Assembly (NCBI GenBank): GCA_963767735.1 | Contig: CAVYES010000006.1 | Location: 480,001 to 544,000 of the forward strand | Source of the DNA: Candidatus Bathyarchaeota archaeon | GTDB lineage: Archaea > Thermoproteota > Bathyarchaeia > Bathyarchaeales > Bathycorpusculaceae | Reading direction: 5' to 3' | DNA: 64,000 nt | In this document: positions 1 through 10,785 of the stretch, piece after piece | How the letters are laid out: each line of letters opens with the position of its first letter | Position numbering within the stretch: position 1 is the stretch's first letter | Position numbers and translations under genes: made by a program | The notes under the pieces: model-generated | What the model was told of the DNA's origin: nothing | What the model saw: the letters and a program-made list of their open reading frames with translations, nothing else | The model's database searches: none

Positions 1-1
1 C

Positions 2-1132
2 AGGAAAAAAACCATAGCTCAAGAACCCTGCCCATGCCGAATTCTGTCCGCAGCCGAGAACATGGAGCGCTGGAACCGCATGCTGAGCGGCGGCTACGCT
101 GAAGGCCAAGCTGTTGTTCGTGTTAAAACTGATTTGGAGAATCCTAATCCTGCAGTCCGAGACTGGCCCGCCCTACGGGTGATTGACACAAAGAAGTATC
201 CGCACCCACGAGTCGGAAGCAAATACATCGTTTGGCCCCTCTACAATTTAGCGGCTGGCTTGGACGACCATTTGATGGGCATGACACATATCATCCGCGG
301 AAAAGAGCACTACACCAACATGGTTCGCCAGAAATATATGTATGAGCATTTAGGCTGGACGTACCCTGAAGCCATTCATTACGGGAGACTAAAAATCACA
401 GGCACTTCCCTTAGCAAATCAAAGATTATTCAAGGCGTAAAAGACTGCATCTACGCAGGCTTTGACGACCCCCGCCTAGGCACATTTGCAGCACTTAGAA
501 AACGGGGAATCACCCCCGAAGCAATCAAGAAAATGATAATCGATGTAGGAACAAAATCAAACGATGTGACCTTAAGCTGGGAAAACCTGTATTCGTACAA
601 CCGTAAAATCCTCGACGCCACAAGCAACAGGTACTTCTTCGTTCCTGAGCCAGTAGAACTTAAGGTTTTGCAAGTGCCAAAAACTTTCCTTGCCCGGCTT
701 CCTTTGCATCCCGAGAAACCAGAGCAAGGTTTCAGAGAATTCAAAATAACTCCAGAATCCTCTGAGAAAGCAGTGAATTTTTGGGTTTCAAAAAAAGATG
801 CTGAAGCGTTGGAGCCAGAAAAAGTAGTTAGGCTCATGGAGCTTTTCAACGTCAAAGCCGGCAGCAAAACAGGCAACTCGGTGACCGCAACATTTTCAAG
901 CGAATCTTATGAGGACGTTAGGAAAATTAAAGTTCAGCTTATCCAGTGGATACCAAAAGGCGAGGAGTTCCCTTGCCAAATTGTCATGCCGGGCGCGTCA
1001 GTGACCGAGGGATTTGCTGAAATAGCCTGCAAAAAGTTAAAGCCAGACGATATAATACAGTTTGAACGCTTCGGATTCACACGCATAAACGAAGTAAACC
1101 AAAAACTAATCGCTTATTACGCCCACAAGTAA
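2..1132 (+). CDS. gltX: Glutamate--tRNA ligase, archaeal type; 5' part lies outside the window
   Basis: Frame open from base 2; THIIRGKEH, KMSKS-equivalent LSKSK, DDPRLGT, C-terminal QFERFGF motifs. Confidence 0.95.
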   Translation, partial: RKKTIAQEPCPCRILSAAENMERWNRMLSGGYAEGQAVVRVKTDLENPNPAVRDWPALRVIDTKKYPHPRVGSKYIVWPLYNLAAGLDDHLMGMTHIIRGKEHYTNMVRQKYMYEHLGWTYPEAIHYGRLKITGTSLSKSKIIQGVKDCIYAGFDDPRLGTFAALRKRGITPEAIKKMIIDVGTKSNDVTLSWENLYSYNRKILDATSNRYFFVPEPVELKVLQVPKTFLARLPLHPEKPEQGFREFKITPESSEKAVNFWVSKKDAEALEPEKVVRLMELFNVKAGSKTGNSVTATFSSESYEDVRKIKVQLIQWIPKGEEFPCQIVMPGASVTEGFAEIACKKLKPDDIIQFERFGFTRINEVNQKLIAYYAHK

Positions 1133-1145
1133 GAGATGAACCAAC

Positions 1146-1448
1146 ATGAGAAAACTCGATAAAGCAATAATTTGGCCAATCTACTTCGACGCTTCAAAAT
1201 CAAGAAGAAAAGGACGTCGGGTCCCAAAAAACTTGGCCGTGCAATCCCCAAAAATTGCCGAGCTCAAAGAAGCAGTTGACAAATTAGGTTTAAAAAACGA
1301 AGTTAACCTTGAAGCTCATTTTCCCAAGAATCATTGGGCAAAGACTGGAATGTTGCTTGTCGAAAAGAAAGAAGCAAAAGAAAAGATAATACAGAAAATT
1401 GCTAAACAACTAGTGAAGATTAAAGCCGCAACTGCAAAACCGCAGTAA
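1146..1448 (+). CDS. srp19: Signal recognition particle protein SRP19
   Basis: IIWPIYFDASKSRRKGRRVPK signature, 100 aa. Confidence 0.95.
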   Translation: MRKLDKAIIWPIYFDASKSRRKGRRVPKNLAVQSPKIAELKEAVDKLGLKNEVNLEAHFPKNHWAKTGMLLVEKKEAKEKIIQKIAKQLVKIKAATAKPQ

Positions 1449-1451
1449 AGT

Positions 1452-1847
1452 TTAGCTTTTCTCTTTAGTAGCCATCAAGACAGCGTTAATTATGCCGTCG
1501 GTGCCTGGCCTGCTGGTAACTTTTGCGAGCCCCAATGCGGTTTCTATTTCTGCGCCTTTAGTTATTACGCCTCTTCGGTTATAATCAACGTTAGCGCCGT
1601 TTCTGACCACTCGGGTGATTTCGGTTTTTTGTGTTTTACCGCTTTTAGGATCCGTTACCGAAGCAAATTTGTCACTTAAAGCTTTGATTTTTATGTTGCC
1701 GCCTAAACCTCTGGAAGTTTTCCTTCTGGGTTCACCGAGGGTTGTTTCTGCAGGGTATCCGCCTTGCTCATACTTTTTCTTTGATCTGTACGCTCTTTTT
1801 TTGCCGCCTGTAAGTTTTCTTTTGCGTAAACTGCTATGCCAAGACAT
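1452..1847 (-). CDS. rps8e: 30S ribosomal protein S8e
   Basis: RKRKLTGG, RRGVITKGAEIET, VTSRPGTDG motifs. Confidence 0.97.
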   Translation of the reverse strand: MSWHSSLRKRKLTGGKKRAYRSKKKYEQGGYPAETTLGEPRRKTSRGLGGNIKIKALSDKFASVTDPKSGKTQKTEITRVVRNGANVDYNRRGVITKGAEIETALGLAKVTSRPGTDGIINAVLMATKEKS

Positions 1848-2051
1848 AATCTACATTTCCCTTTTACGATGTTTAATTCGAGTAGTCAGTAAAACCGTTA
1901 ATTTCCATATAAACATATCCGTTTCAAGCTTGTTCTTCATTAGTAAAATGTTCCTTTCTTATACCTTTATCAATCAGTTTTCTTTGGGGTAAGTATCAAA
2001 GTGACCGGCAAGTTTTATTAGACTGTTGTGGGATATTTATGTGGGAAAAAT

Positions 2052-2315
2052 ATGTCAACATCAAGGGTCGATCAAAGACATAGAATAGTTATCGATAAAA
2101 AAACTAGAACAAAAATCCACATTCAAGCAGGAGACATAGTAGTCATTGAACCGCTTGATGATCACAGTTTTAAAGTCAACGTTTTAGACTTCGCATCTGA
2201 GAAGCTTGAGGACGACCCAGCATGGCAGGCGATTCATAAACCCGCTAAACTTAGAAAGTACATTCCTCCAGAAAAACTCGAAAAGATGATGGAAGAAGAG
2301 ATTTGGCAAGAATAA
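2052..2315 (+). CDS. AbrB/MazE-like antitoxin (VapB)
   Basis: SRVDQRHRIVI...IQAGDIV swapped-hairpin pattern; overlaps PIN gene; ATG at 2052. Confidence 0.8.
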   Translation: MSTSRVDQRHRIVIDKKTRTKIHIQAGDIVVIEPLDDHSFKVNVLDFASEKLEDDPAWQAIHKPAKLRKYIPPEKLEKMMEEEIWQE

Positions 2316-2761
2316 GCATTGTAGAATCGAAACCTCTTGCGATAGTTGACTCAAACGTAATAGTCTATGCAATGATTAAGGATTACCCGGACAAGATGCG
2401 ACACGAAAAATGTCTCGCTCTTTTAGATAGAGGCCTCAGAGGAGACTTAAACTATATTTTAACGGTTAATCCAATAATTGTAGTTGAGGTTTTTTCAGTT
2501 CTAAAAAAGCTCTTAAACCTCGCTGAAGCGGAATTCAGAATAAGTGCTCTTCTTCGATCAAGACGACTCGGATTCTTATCAATCTCAAAAGAAAATTGCC
2601 AAAACTCTGTGCAATGGGCAAAAGAAAAGAATATACCAGTAAATGACGCCTTAATAGCTGCAAGCATGATTGAACACGCCCAACTGGTATACACAATTGA
2701 CGAAGAACATTTCAAAAAACTCGAAGAATACAACGTCAAAATCTTCAACCCAACAACATAA
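2303..2761 (+). CDS. vapC: PIN-domain toxin (VapC)
   Basis: IVDSNVIV, VVEV, VNDALIAA, YTIDEEHF acidic PIN motifs. Confidence 0.88.
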   Translation: MARISIVESKPLAIVDSNVIVYAMIKDYPDKMRHEKCLALLDRGLRGDLNYILTVNPIIVVEVFSVLKKLLNLAEAEFRISALLRSRRLGFLSISKENCQNSVQWAKEKNIPVNDALIAASMIEHAQLVYTIDEEHFKKLEEYNVKIFNPTT

Positions 2762-2869
2762 ATCTTTGGAAAGAAATGGCGCAAGTGGCAATAGGAATAC
2801 ATCGATCTCGAGTCATTCTTTTGACGAAAATCAATAAGGCTTTAACGCGATTTGGTCGCTTCTTCCAAT

Positions 2870-3469
2870 CTATGTTTCTTGGAAGTCTTTCAGTGCGTCG
2901 CCGAAAATGTGTTTGAAGTCTTTCTTCATCATGGTTATGTCGTGTGTTAATCCGAAGTAATCTGCGAAATAGTCAGTGGTTTTTAAAGCCGTTGAACGGC
3001 CGCTTCTTTCAGCCACAATTAACCCCATGTCCTTGAGCAGCTTCACGTGGCCATAAGCGTGTTGTCCCCTGACATCAATCACGCGTTTCTGAGAAACAGG
3101 CTGCCGGTAGGCAATGTAGGAGAGCGTTTTGAGAGGCCCAGAAGACAGCAGAGGTCTGTTTACAAGTTTCTTAATCAATGGCGTAAAGTCTGCTTTCACC
3201 TGCAAAACGTAACGTTCATCTTTCAACGCTAAAATTTCAAGCGCCGTGTTCCTTGCCACATATTCTTGTCTCAGAGTGTCTGCGTATTTTTGAGCTTTCT
3301 TCTTAGAGTGGCTGCCTATAACTTGGCATAACTCGTTAAGGTCTAATGGGCGACCAGCCACGAACAACGCAGCCTCGAGCAAAGCTAAGCAATGAGCTTT
3401 CCGTTCGGCATCCTGCGCTTGCTCTACATCAGGGTTTGAATTAACTGTCTGTTCCTTTGGCTTTTCCAA
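2870..3469 (-). CDS. scpB: Segregation and condensation protein B
   Basis: LLEAALFVAGRPL, LKTLSYIAYRQPV, TTDYFADYFGL; in smc-scpA operon; TTG at 3469 is the likely start. Confidence 0.93.
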   Translation of the reverse strand: MEKPKEQTVNSNPDVEQAQDAERKAHCLALLEAALFVAGRPLDLNELCQVIGSHSKKKAQKYADTLRQEYVARNTALEILALKDERYVLQVKADFTPLIKKLVNRPLLSSGPLKTLSYIAYRQPVSQKRVIDVRGQHAYGHVKLLKDMGLIVAERSGRSTALKTTDYFADYFGLTHDITMMKKDFKHIFGDALKDFQET

Positions 3470-4148
3470 TATTGAGTTTCCCCACGGCAATGTATAGTTC
3501 TTCTGTTTCTTCATTCTGCCATAAACTTACTTTGCCATCCTGTGCTAAAAACAAGAGATAAATAAACATTCTTAAGGCTTCGATTCTAGTTGCGTCTTTC
3601 GATAAGGTTGAGAAATCGATTATGCCTGCACCCTTCACTTTCTCGCATAAAATGGCATATAATTTGTCAATTTGCAACTCTAGTTCAGCTACAAACTTGT
3701 CAAACTGCGGCATCAAATCTGTAACCGCTGGAAGAATAGGATGCTGCTCCATTGTATGGTCCAAACGAAGTAGTTTTTCGCCCTTCAACACGTCGTCTAA
3801 GACTTCAAGTAAATGCTGAATAGTTGTAGAGGTTAACTCATGGCGCAAAGGTAAGAACAAGGGCGGAGGAACAAAATCTTGAGGTCCCTTAGCCGGCAGA
3901 GCAGGTGGTTCCTGCAGAGAAAGCAACAGTTTAGACTTCATCAAGTAAATCAAGGCCGAAGAATCCAATGCGACTCCTGAGGCTCGGAAATCAACCTTTT
4001 CTGTTCGCTCCATCTCAGTGAGAAACGACCGCAATAGGTAAGCTATGTTAACGTTCCATGGAGTAAGCTTTTCAAGCTTGCTTACTTCAAACAGTATGTT
4101 CCAAGGAGGACGAAGGTAAAAGGGTTTTCTGAGTGGCGTGGTTGACGT
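3441..4148 (-). CDS. scpA: Segregation and condensation protein A (kleisin); start appears to be ACG at 4148
   Basis: Frame continues upstream of the ORF call through LTPWNVNIAYLL; DFRASGVALDSSA and FIYLLFLAQDGKVSLWQ motifs. Confidence 0.88.
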   Translation of the reverse strand, partial: TSTTPLRKPFYLRPPWNILFEVSKLEKLTPWNVNIAYLLRSFLTEMERTEKVDFRASGVALDSSALIYLMKSKLLLSLQEPPALPAKGPQDFVPPPLFLPLRHELTSTTIQHLLEVLDDVLKGEKLLRLDHTMEQHPILPAVTDLMPQFDKFVAELELQIDKLYAILCEKVKGAGIIDFSTLSKDATRIEALRMFIYLLFLAQDGKVSLWQNEETEELYIAVGKLNIGKAKGTDS

Positions 4149-7100
4149 TAGCGTGGTGCCTCCGGTGGAAACTTTGCTGTGACAACGTTTGAGACTCCGT
4201 TGCGTTCGTAGACTCCGTAGACTTTTTGTGCTTTGTTAACCATTTCAGGACGCAGGCTGATCACTATGAACTGCATTTTTGCTGCTTCTTCGAGGAGTAC
4301 TTCGGCAAGTTTGGTTGTGTGGTAAGCATCTAAGTGTGCATCAACTTCGTCTAGGATGAAGAAGGATGCTGGCGTGAATTCTTTTAGTGAGAATATGAAG
4401 CTGACTGCTGAAACTGAACGTTCACCGCCGCTTGCTCCGCTTACAACGATTGAGGGCTTGTTTGGGAACTGTACAATCATGTCTATGCCGCCGGTGAAAG
4501 GTTCTTCGGGGTTTTCAAGTTTAAGCGTGGCTTCTCCGCCGCCGGTGAGTTTGGAGAAGTATTGTTTGAGGCTGGTGTTGATTTTTTCGAAGGCGCTCAT
4601 GAAGACTTTGCGTTTTTTTGCTTCGATTTCATCCATGAACTGTACGATGGCTTGTTTTTCTTTTTCTAACTCGTTTAAGCGTACTGATAATTCTTTATAG
4701 CGGGACAGTTGGTCGGAATAGTGTGAAAGCGCAAGTTGGTTTATGGCGCCTATTCTTTCCATTTCAAACTGCATCATGCGGATAGTTATTTCGGCTTCCT
4801 CAACCTGTTTCTGATTTGTTTCTAAAGGTTGTTCGTAGCCGAATTGGCGAAGTTGCGATTGGAGTTGCTGGAGACGAAGCTGGCTAGTTTCCATGTTTAG
4901 CTGCAGCTGATTTAGCAGCTTATCTGCCTGTTCATATTCAAAATCAAGCGACCGCAGTTCGGAGTCAATGGCATCTATTTGTGATGTGAATTTTTTGGAT
5001 TCTTCCCGTGCAGAAAAAACAGCTTTTGAAAGCTCAACACGGCTTTTCTCGAATTCTTCGATTCCTTTCTTTAATGACTCGCGTTCTTGAAGTGCGTCTG
5101 CAACTTCTTTCTCAAGCTTTCTTTGTTGCTGTTCAACTTTGACTATCTGTATTTTGATGTTCTTGTATCCATTCCTTAGAACTCTGTCGAATTGTGACTG
5201 ATATGTTGAAATTTCCGTTTGAGTGGACCCTGAGTTTTGGCGGAGCTTGTTTAGTTCTTCTCCCAGTTTTTCCCGTTGCACTTCGAGCTCTTGAATGTGC
5301 GACACATCAGTTTTCAGTCTTAAAGTGGCGATGTCTGCTTGCAATTTTTGGTCTGTTCTCCTGATAGAATTTCGCTCATTCATGTACATGCTCATGCGGC
5401 CTTTGTATGCTGCTGCTTCACGTTCAAGTTTGCCGCCGTATTTTTCCGTATGACGAATGTTGAATTGTGTCCTTTTAACGCTCCGTTTGATGCGCACCAG
5501 TTCCCTGTCCAACGTGGCGATAGATTCTTCAAGCCGTGTCATTTCGATTTTGCTTCGGCTGATTTCTTCTTCGATGCCCGTAATGTCTGTTCCTCGTTGA
5601 GTGAGATGCGTCTGGAGAGCTTTTACTGCTTCATCTAAACTTTTTAATGCATTTTCGCTTGGAATAATTGTTGAGAAATCTATTGGGGCACGGTAATAGC
5701 CGCTTTCAAAAGCGCCGGGTTCGTACAAGTCTCCGTTCACTGTGACTGCTCGGTAGCCTTCATTTGAAAGCGCAAAAGCTACTCTATCGTTAGATACTAC
5801 CACTGTGTCTCCGAAAACATAGTTTACGGCCAGTTCATAGTTGCTGTCAAATTTCATGAAGCTTGAAAGGGCACCTACTACGCCGTCTCGGCTGGGTGTC
5901 CCCTTGTTTTTAACGTTGATAGCTCCCTGCAACGGAATAATTTTTATTCTGCCCAGTTTCATTCGTCTTAGCGTTTCAGTACATGTGAAGGCTGAATCGA
6001 TATTTGCCACCACTAAAGCGTCAAGCCAACCTGTCGCCGCTGCTTCGATAGCTTTCTTATAGTTTTTGTCTATTTTTATCAGGTTCCGTAGCCTGCCGTG
6101 GATTCCAGTTATCGCGCCAACGTTGCCCATTTCTTCTATGCTTCTTAGGGCTTTTTCTTCAGCAGCTATAGTTGCCGCAAGGTCTCTTTGAGTAGCAAAC
6201 TCTATCACGGCGTCTTTGGCGGAGCTGGCTATTTTTTCTGCGTCAGTGATTTCTTTTTCAACGGTTTCTTTTTGGAGTTTTTTACGCTCGATTGTGTGTT
6301 CAAAGTTTTTAAGCGAGTTTTTCTGGTCCTTCTGAACCTGCTCCAGCTCGCCTAATGATTTTTCGATTTCAGTTAGGCTTGTTTGGAATTTTTCTTTTCT
6401 CACGTTTAAGTTTTTGAGTCTTCCACTGCATAGGCGAAGGGCTGATTTGTCTTTGGTGTATTCTGAGCGTAAATACGCCAGCCGTTTAACGTGGTTTTCG
6501 ATTTCTGATTGCTTTACCCGTATTTGCTGGTTGTTATCGCCAAGCCCTTCCCAAAGTTGCGCGGTTTCTTTTGCAGCTGTATCATGCTCCATTTCTTTTT
6601 GAGTTATTTGGTCTTTGGTTTTCACGTATTCACTGCGGAAGGCTCGGATTTTCAGTCGGTTTTCCCGTATCTCCTTCCTAATATTTTCTTGTTGAAGAAG
6701 GTTGTTTTCTCCTACGCGTTTTAAGCTTTCAAGGCTGCCTTGTCCAGAATTAATTTTGCTGTTTAACTCGGTAAGTTTAGATTTTAATTCACCAATCGTT
6801 ATTTGAACCTTAAGAACTTCTGAACCGCCTTGTTCAAGGTTTTCGCCGCTGAGTTTTCGCCAATCAGACTCGATTCCATGGCGTTTAGACCTGCGCAGGT
6901 CACGTTGTTCTTTTAATTTGTCAACTCTGACTTTGACTTTTTCAGTTTGGCTGGTTGCTTCATTTATTCTCGCGTTTAATTGCGTTATGTCGCTTGATAG
7001 TTTGATTGCTTGGAACTTTTTCGTCTCACTCTGAATGAAGTTGTAACGTAAAAGTTGGTTTCGTTCGCGTTCTAAATCGTCGAGGCGTTTTTGCACTTCA

Positions 7101-7699
7101 TCTATTCTGCCCATGGCTGTGCGGATTGAAATGTCGGCAGCGCGAAGTTTTTCTTCCGCATCCGCCTTCTCCGCGTCATACTGACCTATTCCAACGAGGT
7201 CTTCAATGATTCTTCGGCGTTCAATCGGGTTAATCTCCGTTAATCGGGTTAAGGTGCCTTGAGGGATAATGTTTTGGCTGATGCTGCTGATTGAACTCAT
7301 GGACAGGGTTTCTGTAATGTACGTTCTTGACATTCTTCTGCCGTTTAATCGGTAAACGCTTTGGCCGTTTTTAAAAACTTCACGTGAAATCGTAACGGTA
7401 GTTGTATCAACAGGCATTGTGCCATCCGAATTATCAAATTGAATGACAACCTTCGCCATTTTGGCTTTTTCTTCCCCAGCTTTCCCAGCGCCATGAAAGA
7501 TCAGTTGAGCCGCATTTTCAGCGCGGAGCCTTCTTGTACTCAATTCCCCAAGCGAGAAAAGCACTGCATCCATTATGTTGGATTTTCCGCTGCCGTTGGG
7601 ACCAGTTAAAGCTGTGAAGCCCTTGTCCAAGTTTATTTTGACAGTCTGTGGCCCAAAAGACTTAAAGCCTTTTAACTCAATTTTTTTTATGTAGGGCAT
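4148..7699 (-). CDS. smc: Chromosome segregation protein SMC
   Basis: FKSF, GPNGSGKSN, coiled coils, hinge, SGGE signature, LDEVDAHLD. Confidence 0.98.
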   Translation of the reverse strand: MPYIKKIELKGFKSFGPQTVKINLDKGFTALTGPNGSGKSNIMDAVLFSLGELSTRRLRAENAAQLIFHGAGKAGEEKAKMAKVVIQFDNSDGTMPVDTTTVTISREVFKNGQSVYRLNGRRMSRTYITETLSMSSISSISQNIIPQGTLTRLTEINPIERRRIIEDLVGIGQYDAEKADAEEKLRAADISIRTAMGRIDEVQKRLDDLERERNQLLRYNFIQSETKKFQAIKLSSDITQLNARINEATSQTEKVKVRVDKLKEQRDLRRSKRHGIESDWRKLSGENLEQGGSEVLKVQITIGELKSKLTELNSKINSGQGSLESLKRVGENNLLQQENIRKEIRENRLKIRAFRSEYVKTKDQITQKEMEHDTAAKETAQLWEGLGDNNQQIRVKQSEIENHVKRLAYLRSEYTKDKSALRLCSGRLKNLNVRKEKFQTSLTEIEKSLGELEQVQKDQKNSLKNFEHTIERKKLQKETVEKEITDAEKIASSAKDAVIEFATQRDLAATIAAEEKALRSIEEMGNVGAITGIHGRLRNLIKIDKNYKKAIEAAATGWLDALVVANIDSAFTCTETLRRMKLGRIKIIPLQGAINVKNKGTPSRDGVVGALSSFMKFDSNYELAVNYVFGDTVVVSNDRVAFALSNEGYRAVTVNGDLYEPGAFESGYYRAPIDFSTIIPSENALKSLDEAVKALQTHLTQRGTDITGIEEEISRSKIEMTRLEESIATLDRELVRIKRSVKRTQFNIRHTEKYGGKLEREAAAYKGRMSMYMNERNSIRRTDQKLQADIATLRLKTDVSHIQELEVQREKLGEELNKLRQNSGSTQTEISTYQSQFDRVLRNGYKNIKIQIVKVEQQQRKLEKEVADALQERESLKKGIEEFEKSRVELSKAVFSAREESKKFTSQIDAIDSELRSLDFEYEQADKLLNQLQLNMETSQLRLQQLQSQLRQFGYEQPLETNQKQVEEAEITIRMMQFEMERIGAINQLALSHYSDQLSRYKELSVRLNELEKEKQAIVQFMDEIEAKKRKVFMSAFEKINTSLKQYFSKLTGGGEATLKLENPEEPFTGGIDMIVQFPNKPSIVVSGASGGERSVSAVSFIFSLKEFTPASFFILDEVDAHLDAYHTTKLAEVLLEEAAKMQFIVISLRPEMVNKAQKVYGVYERNGVSNVVTAKFPPEAPR

Positions 7700-8065
7700 T
7701 TAGTCTTTACCCTCGCGGCAGCATTGTACATTATTTTAACATCTCATCATCATACGTATAAAAGCTTATTTCAATGCTTCTACATTTACACCTTCCGAAG
7801 AATCCTCTGGTTTTCAAGAAAACAGTGATTCTTTTCATTTTTTTCTTGGTTCAGAATCCGAGTGATTTTAATCGCTGAACCTGGCAAGATGTTATCTTGT
7901 TTCCTAAAAATTACTGTCCGTGTGGAGTCTTCAATTTGAGAAAAGGGCTAAGGGAGGCTTGTCTCTAACTTGTTTCGATTTTGAAGTGCTCCCTGTTTTA
8001 CCGCTAATAATAAAAGATAATAATGATAGGGTTTAAACCAAGCCGAAATTAGCTGCGATTACCAG

Positions 8066-8985
8066 ATGTTGAATCGTCCATACTCAAGAAAGATGCTTTT
8101 TTCAGTGTTAATAGCGGTTTTACTGGTCATCAATTTTTGCACTCTTGTGCTGGCGTATCCTCAAACTTTTAAGCTTGACGGAGGCGGCACTTTAGCAAAA
8201 GATTTTTCGGCGTACTACATAGGCTCTTGGAGGCTGCTGCATGACCCTGCTAAAGTTTACACCCGTGGAACAGTAAATGACGGAGAATACCAGGTTACCC
8301 TCAAACGCAAGCTTACAAATACTTGCCTAGCTTTCTTGTATTGCTCTTTCCTCTTTTGCCCCTGAGTTATCACGATGCCCTCATCGCCTTCGACATCTTC
8401 CAATTCATGCTTCTGCCCCTGATGGCTTTTCTGCTATACAGTTTGCTCGGTAAGAAAAGCCTTGCCGTAACATTAGCGGTTGCAGTGATCGTTTTCATCC
8501 CCCTTCCTCTACCCCACTGGGGACCCATCGCTACATACTATTGGCAGTGGGCTGAGGGGCAGGCAAAGGTTTTTGAAACTTTCCTTTTTCTTCTGGCTTT
8601 TTATTTGGGTACCCGTGGGAAACCTTACCTTTCCGCAGTTGCATATGGTTTTGCGGCCTTCGACCCCAGATTTGCATTACTGGCGCTGCCGCTTTTCTTA
8701 TTCTACAACAAAAGCAACCTTCGGACTGCGGTTGGAGCCGGAGTGGGAGTGATGCTTTTATCAAATTTCTGGTTGTTTTACCCTCCCACAGGCGCAGGAT
8801 TCATTAACATGATTTTCACGGATGGCGTGAATACGGCATTATACGCCTACGCCTATATTCCACTATTAACGCTGGCAGCTTTGATAGTTGTTAACGCTAA
8901 GGAAATGGCTCAAGCTGTTTCTCATTTCGTCACAAAGTTGAAGGGAAAAGTCAATTCCCATAGGGCTCTTATAAAAAGTGCTTGA
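8066..8985 (+). pseudogene. GT87/DUF2029-like membrane glycosyltransferase, split by a 1-bp deletion near 8296
   Basis: KDFSAYY and AYKYLPSFLVL motifs join across frames; multiple hydrophobic helices. Confidence 0.65.
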
Positions 8986-9224
8986 GTAAAGCTACTGCTG
9001 TTGTTACAACAATAAGAATCGCTATTCTTTTTTGTCTGAAACCCCATCTACCTACTCTCCCTTATTCAATTCTGCTTTCGCTTTGAACATTAAACTGCCT
9101 CTACATATTTTGCCGATGCTTAGCCTATTCAGTCACCTCAGGGGGTGCTATCTGCTTTCTTTCGGGGATTATAAATAACTCCGGCAATGAACAACACTAT
9201 TCCAACTGCGGGTAAGATGAGCAC

Positions 9225-10339
9225 GCGCGCTGCCTTGTCCCGATATTACGTGTTGAAGTATGTTGGTGAGACTGCTTTATCGTATCTTCCGAAGTTTTCT
9301 GCCGCCTCTCGGTTCAGAACTAAGCATAGAATGCTAAAGAGCGCATATGAAGCTACGTTGCCTAAGCCTCTTACTTTATTGACGGTTAGGCTGTACTGTG
9401 TCTTTAGGAAGCTGTAGACTGCCTCTACATGAGGTCTTTTGTGGTACTCCTTCTTCTGTTCTTCCGGTCCATAGGCTCGAAACTTCTTGTCCACTCTCAG
9501 CAAGCCCTTAACGTCCCGTTTCTGGTTTGCAACGATACGGAATCACCGCAGCGTCAACAGCGTCTCTGAGTTTGCCGTCGCTGTACTGGCTGTCAGCTAT
9601 CACACTTCTCAGTTTAGCCTCAGACTGCTTGAGAATCAGCTTGGTCTTCTCCAGCAGGTTCAATGAGTGTTTCTGCTCGTTCTGGTTGGCCGAAGCAAAA
9701 ATGCAGGCTAAAGGAAGCATAGTCGCAGAATCGATAGCTAAGTGAAGCTTGTAGCCGAGTCCGAAGGATCTGCCTGCGCGTCCGACTCTGGCTTCCTTGT
9801 CTGAATAGCCAGTCTGGTTGTCCAGTGGATCACGTGTACTCCACGCATTTATAAAGGAAGCATCAAAGATGGAATCAACGTCTCTTGCACTGCTGTGTTT
9901 CGAGAGTTTAACAACTTTCTCCTCTATTATGTTGATGAGGCGGATTTCTCCGACTTTGCGGATGAACCTGCTGAGAACACTTCGTGGGTAGCCTTTTTCG
10001 GCTGGTTTGATGAGGCACAATCTTCTAAGTCTTGGGTCTGCGTCGAGTAGTCTGGTCATTTCTCTTAGGCTGCGAACGCCCTTCATGCGCATGACGATGA
10101 AGGTTCTGAAAAGTCCCAATGGGTTTCTTGGGGGTCTTCCTGGACCATCGGAATGGAAGCAGTCTGAGTAAGGCTGCTTTAGCAAAACTTAAGTCTACGT
10201 TTCTGAAGAGGGTTTCTAGGGTCTCGTGTTCATCTTGTCCCGCTTGGGGTCACCTCCTAAGCTTGGACGTAACTCATTTGAATACGAGACCCCAACTCAA
10301 AAATAAACATTAACTTAATTTAGGGACAAGCCAGCGCGC
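9225..10339 (-). mobile_element. Insertion sequence (IS5/IS1182-like DDE), ~1.1 kb, with 17-bp terminal inverted repeats
   Basis: GCGCGCTGCCTTGTCCC at 9225-9241 and GGGACAAGCCAGCGCGC at 10323-10339 (1 mismatch) enclose a transposase; no clear target duplication. Confidence 0.85.
9246..10243 (-). pseudogene. DDE transposase with two frameshifts (~10175, ~9535)
   Basis: GRPPRNP..SLRE N-terminal domain, DASF, GYKLHLAID, ADSQY, KRPHVE motifs. Confidence 0.85.
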
Positions 10340-10514
10340 ATGCACCTTTAGGTTTTTTGAGCAGCTTTGCCACCTGCAGTGACTTGGGTAGACGAGAACG
10401 GTCCAGTATTAATTTTTTCTCTTATTCCATCTGCGGTTACCAGGTGGTCCTATAAGAAAATAACCTATTAACATAAGAGCAATGGTTACAACGATAATTA
10501 TCACAACTGTTACT

Positions 10515-10757
10515 TCAGTCGTTACTCTCACCTCCATTTTTAGTGTCTAAGTCTAAACATTTCCACTTAGGGCGAGCGTAATTTTTTTCGGTGTTTAGTA
10601 CTTCAACCTGGAACTTTTTTGGCAATGACGAAAAGTGTGATTCATTAACGACTTTTTCGCCATCCACTTCTATCTTGATGTATTTTAGAAGCGCGGTCGC
10701 ATTAACAATAATGGTGTGTTTTTCAGTCTCTCCTATTTCAAACTTGGCTTTTGTCAT
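10515..10757 (-). CDS. Small hypothetical protein, possibly truncated
   Basis: GGAGG upstream; follows ABC permease on the same strand. Confidence 0.5.
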   Translation of the reverse strand: MTKAKFEIGETEKHTIIVNATALLKYIKIEVDGEKVVNESHFSSLPKKFQVEVLNTEKNYARPKWKCLDLDTKNGGESND

Positions 10758-10785
10758 TTTTTTGAACCTCCCTCCTCTAACTTTG

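Noticed and set aside
451-7000. Antisense ORFs overlapping gltX, rps8e, vapC, scpAB and smc (and similar shadows over the ATPases, hcp and kinases)
   Set aside because: Shadow frames of well-supported genes with no motifs
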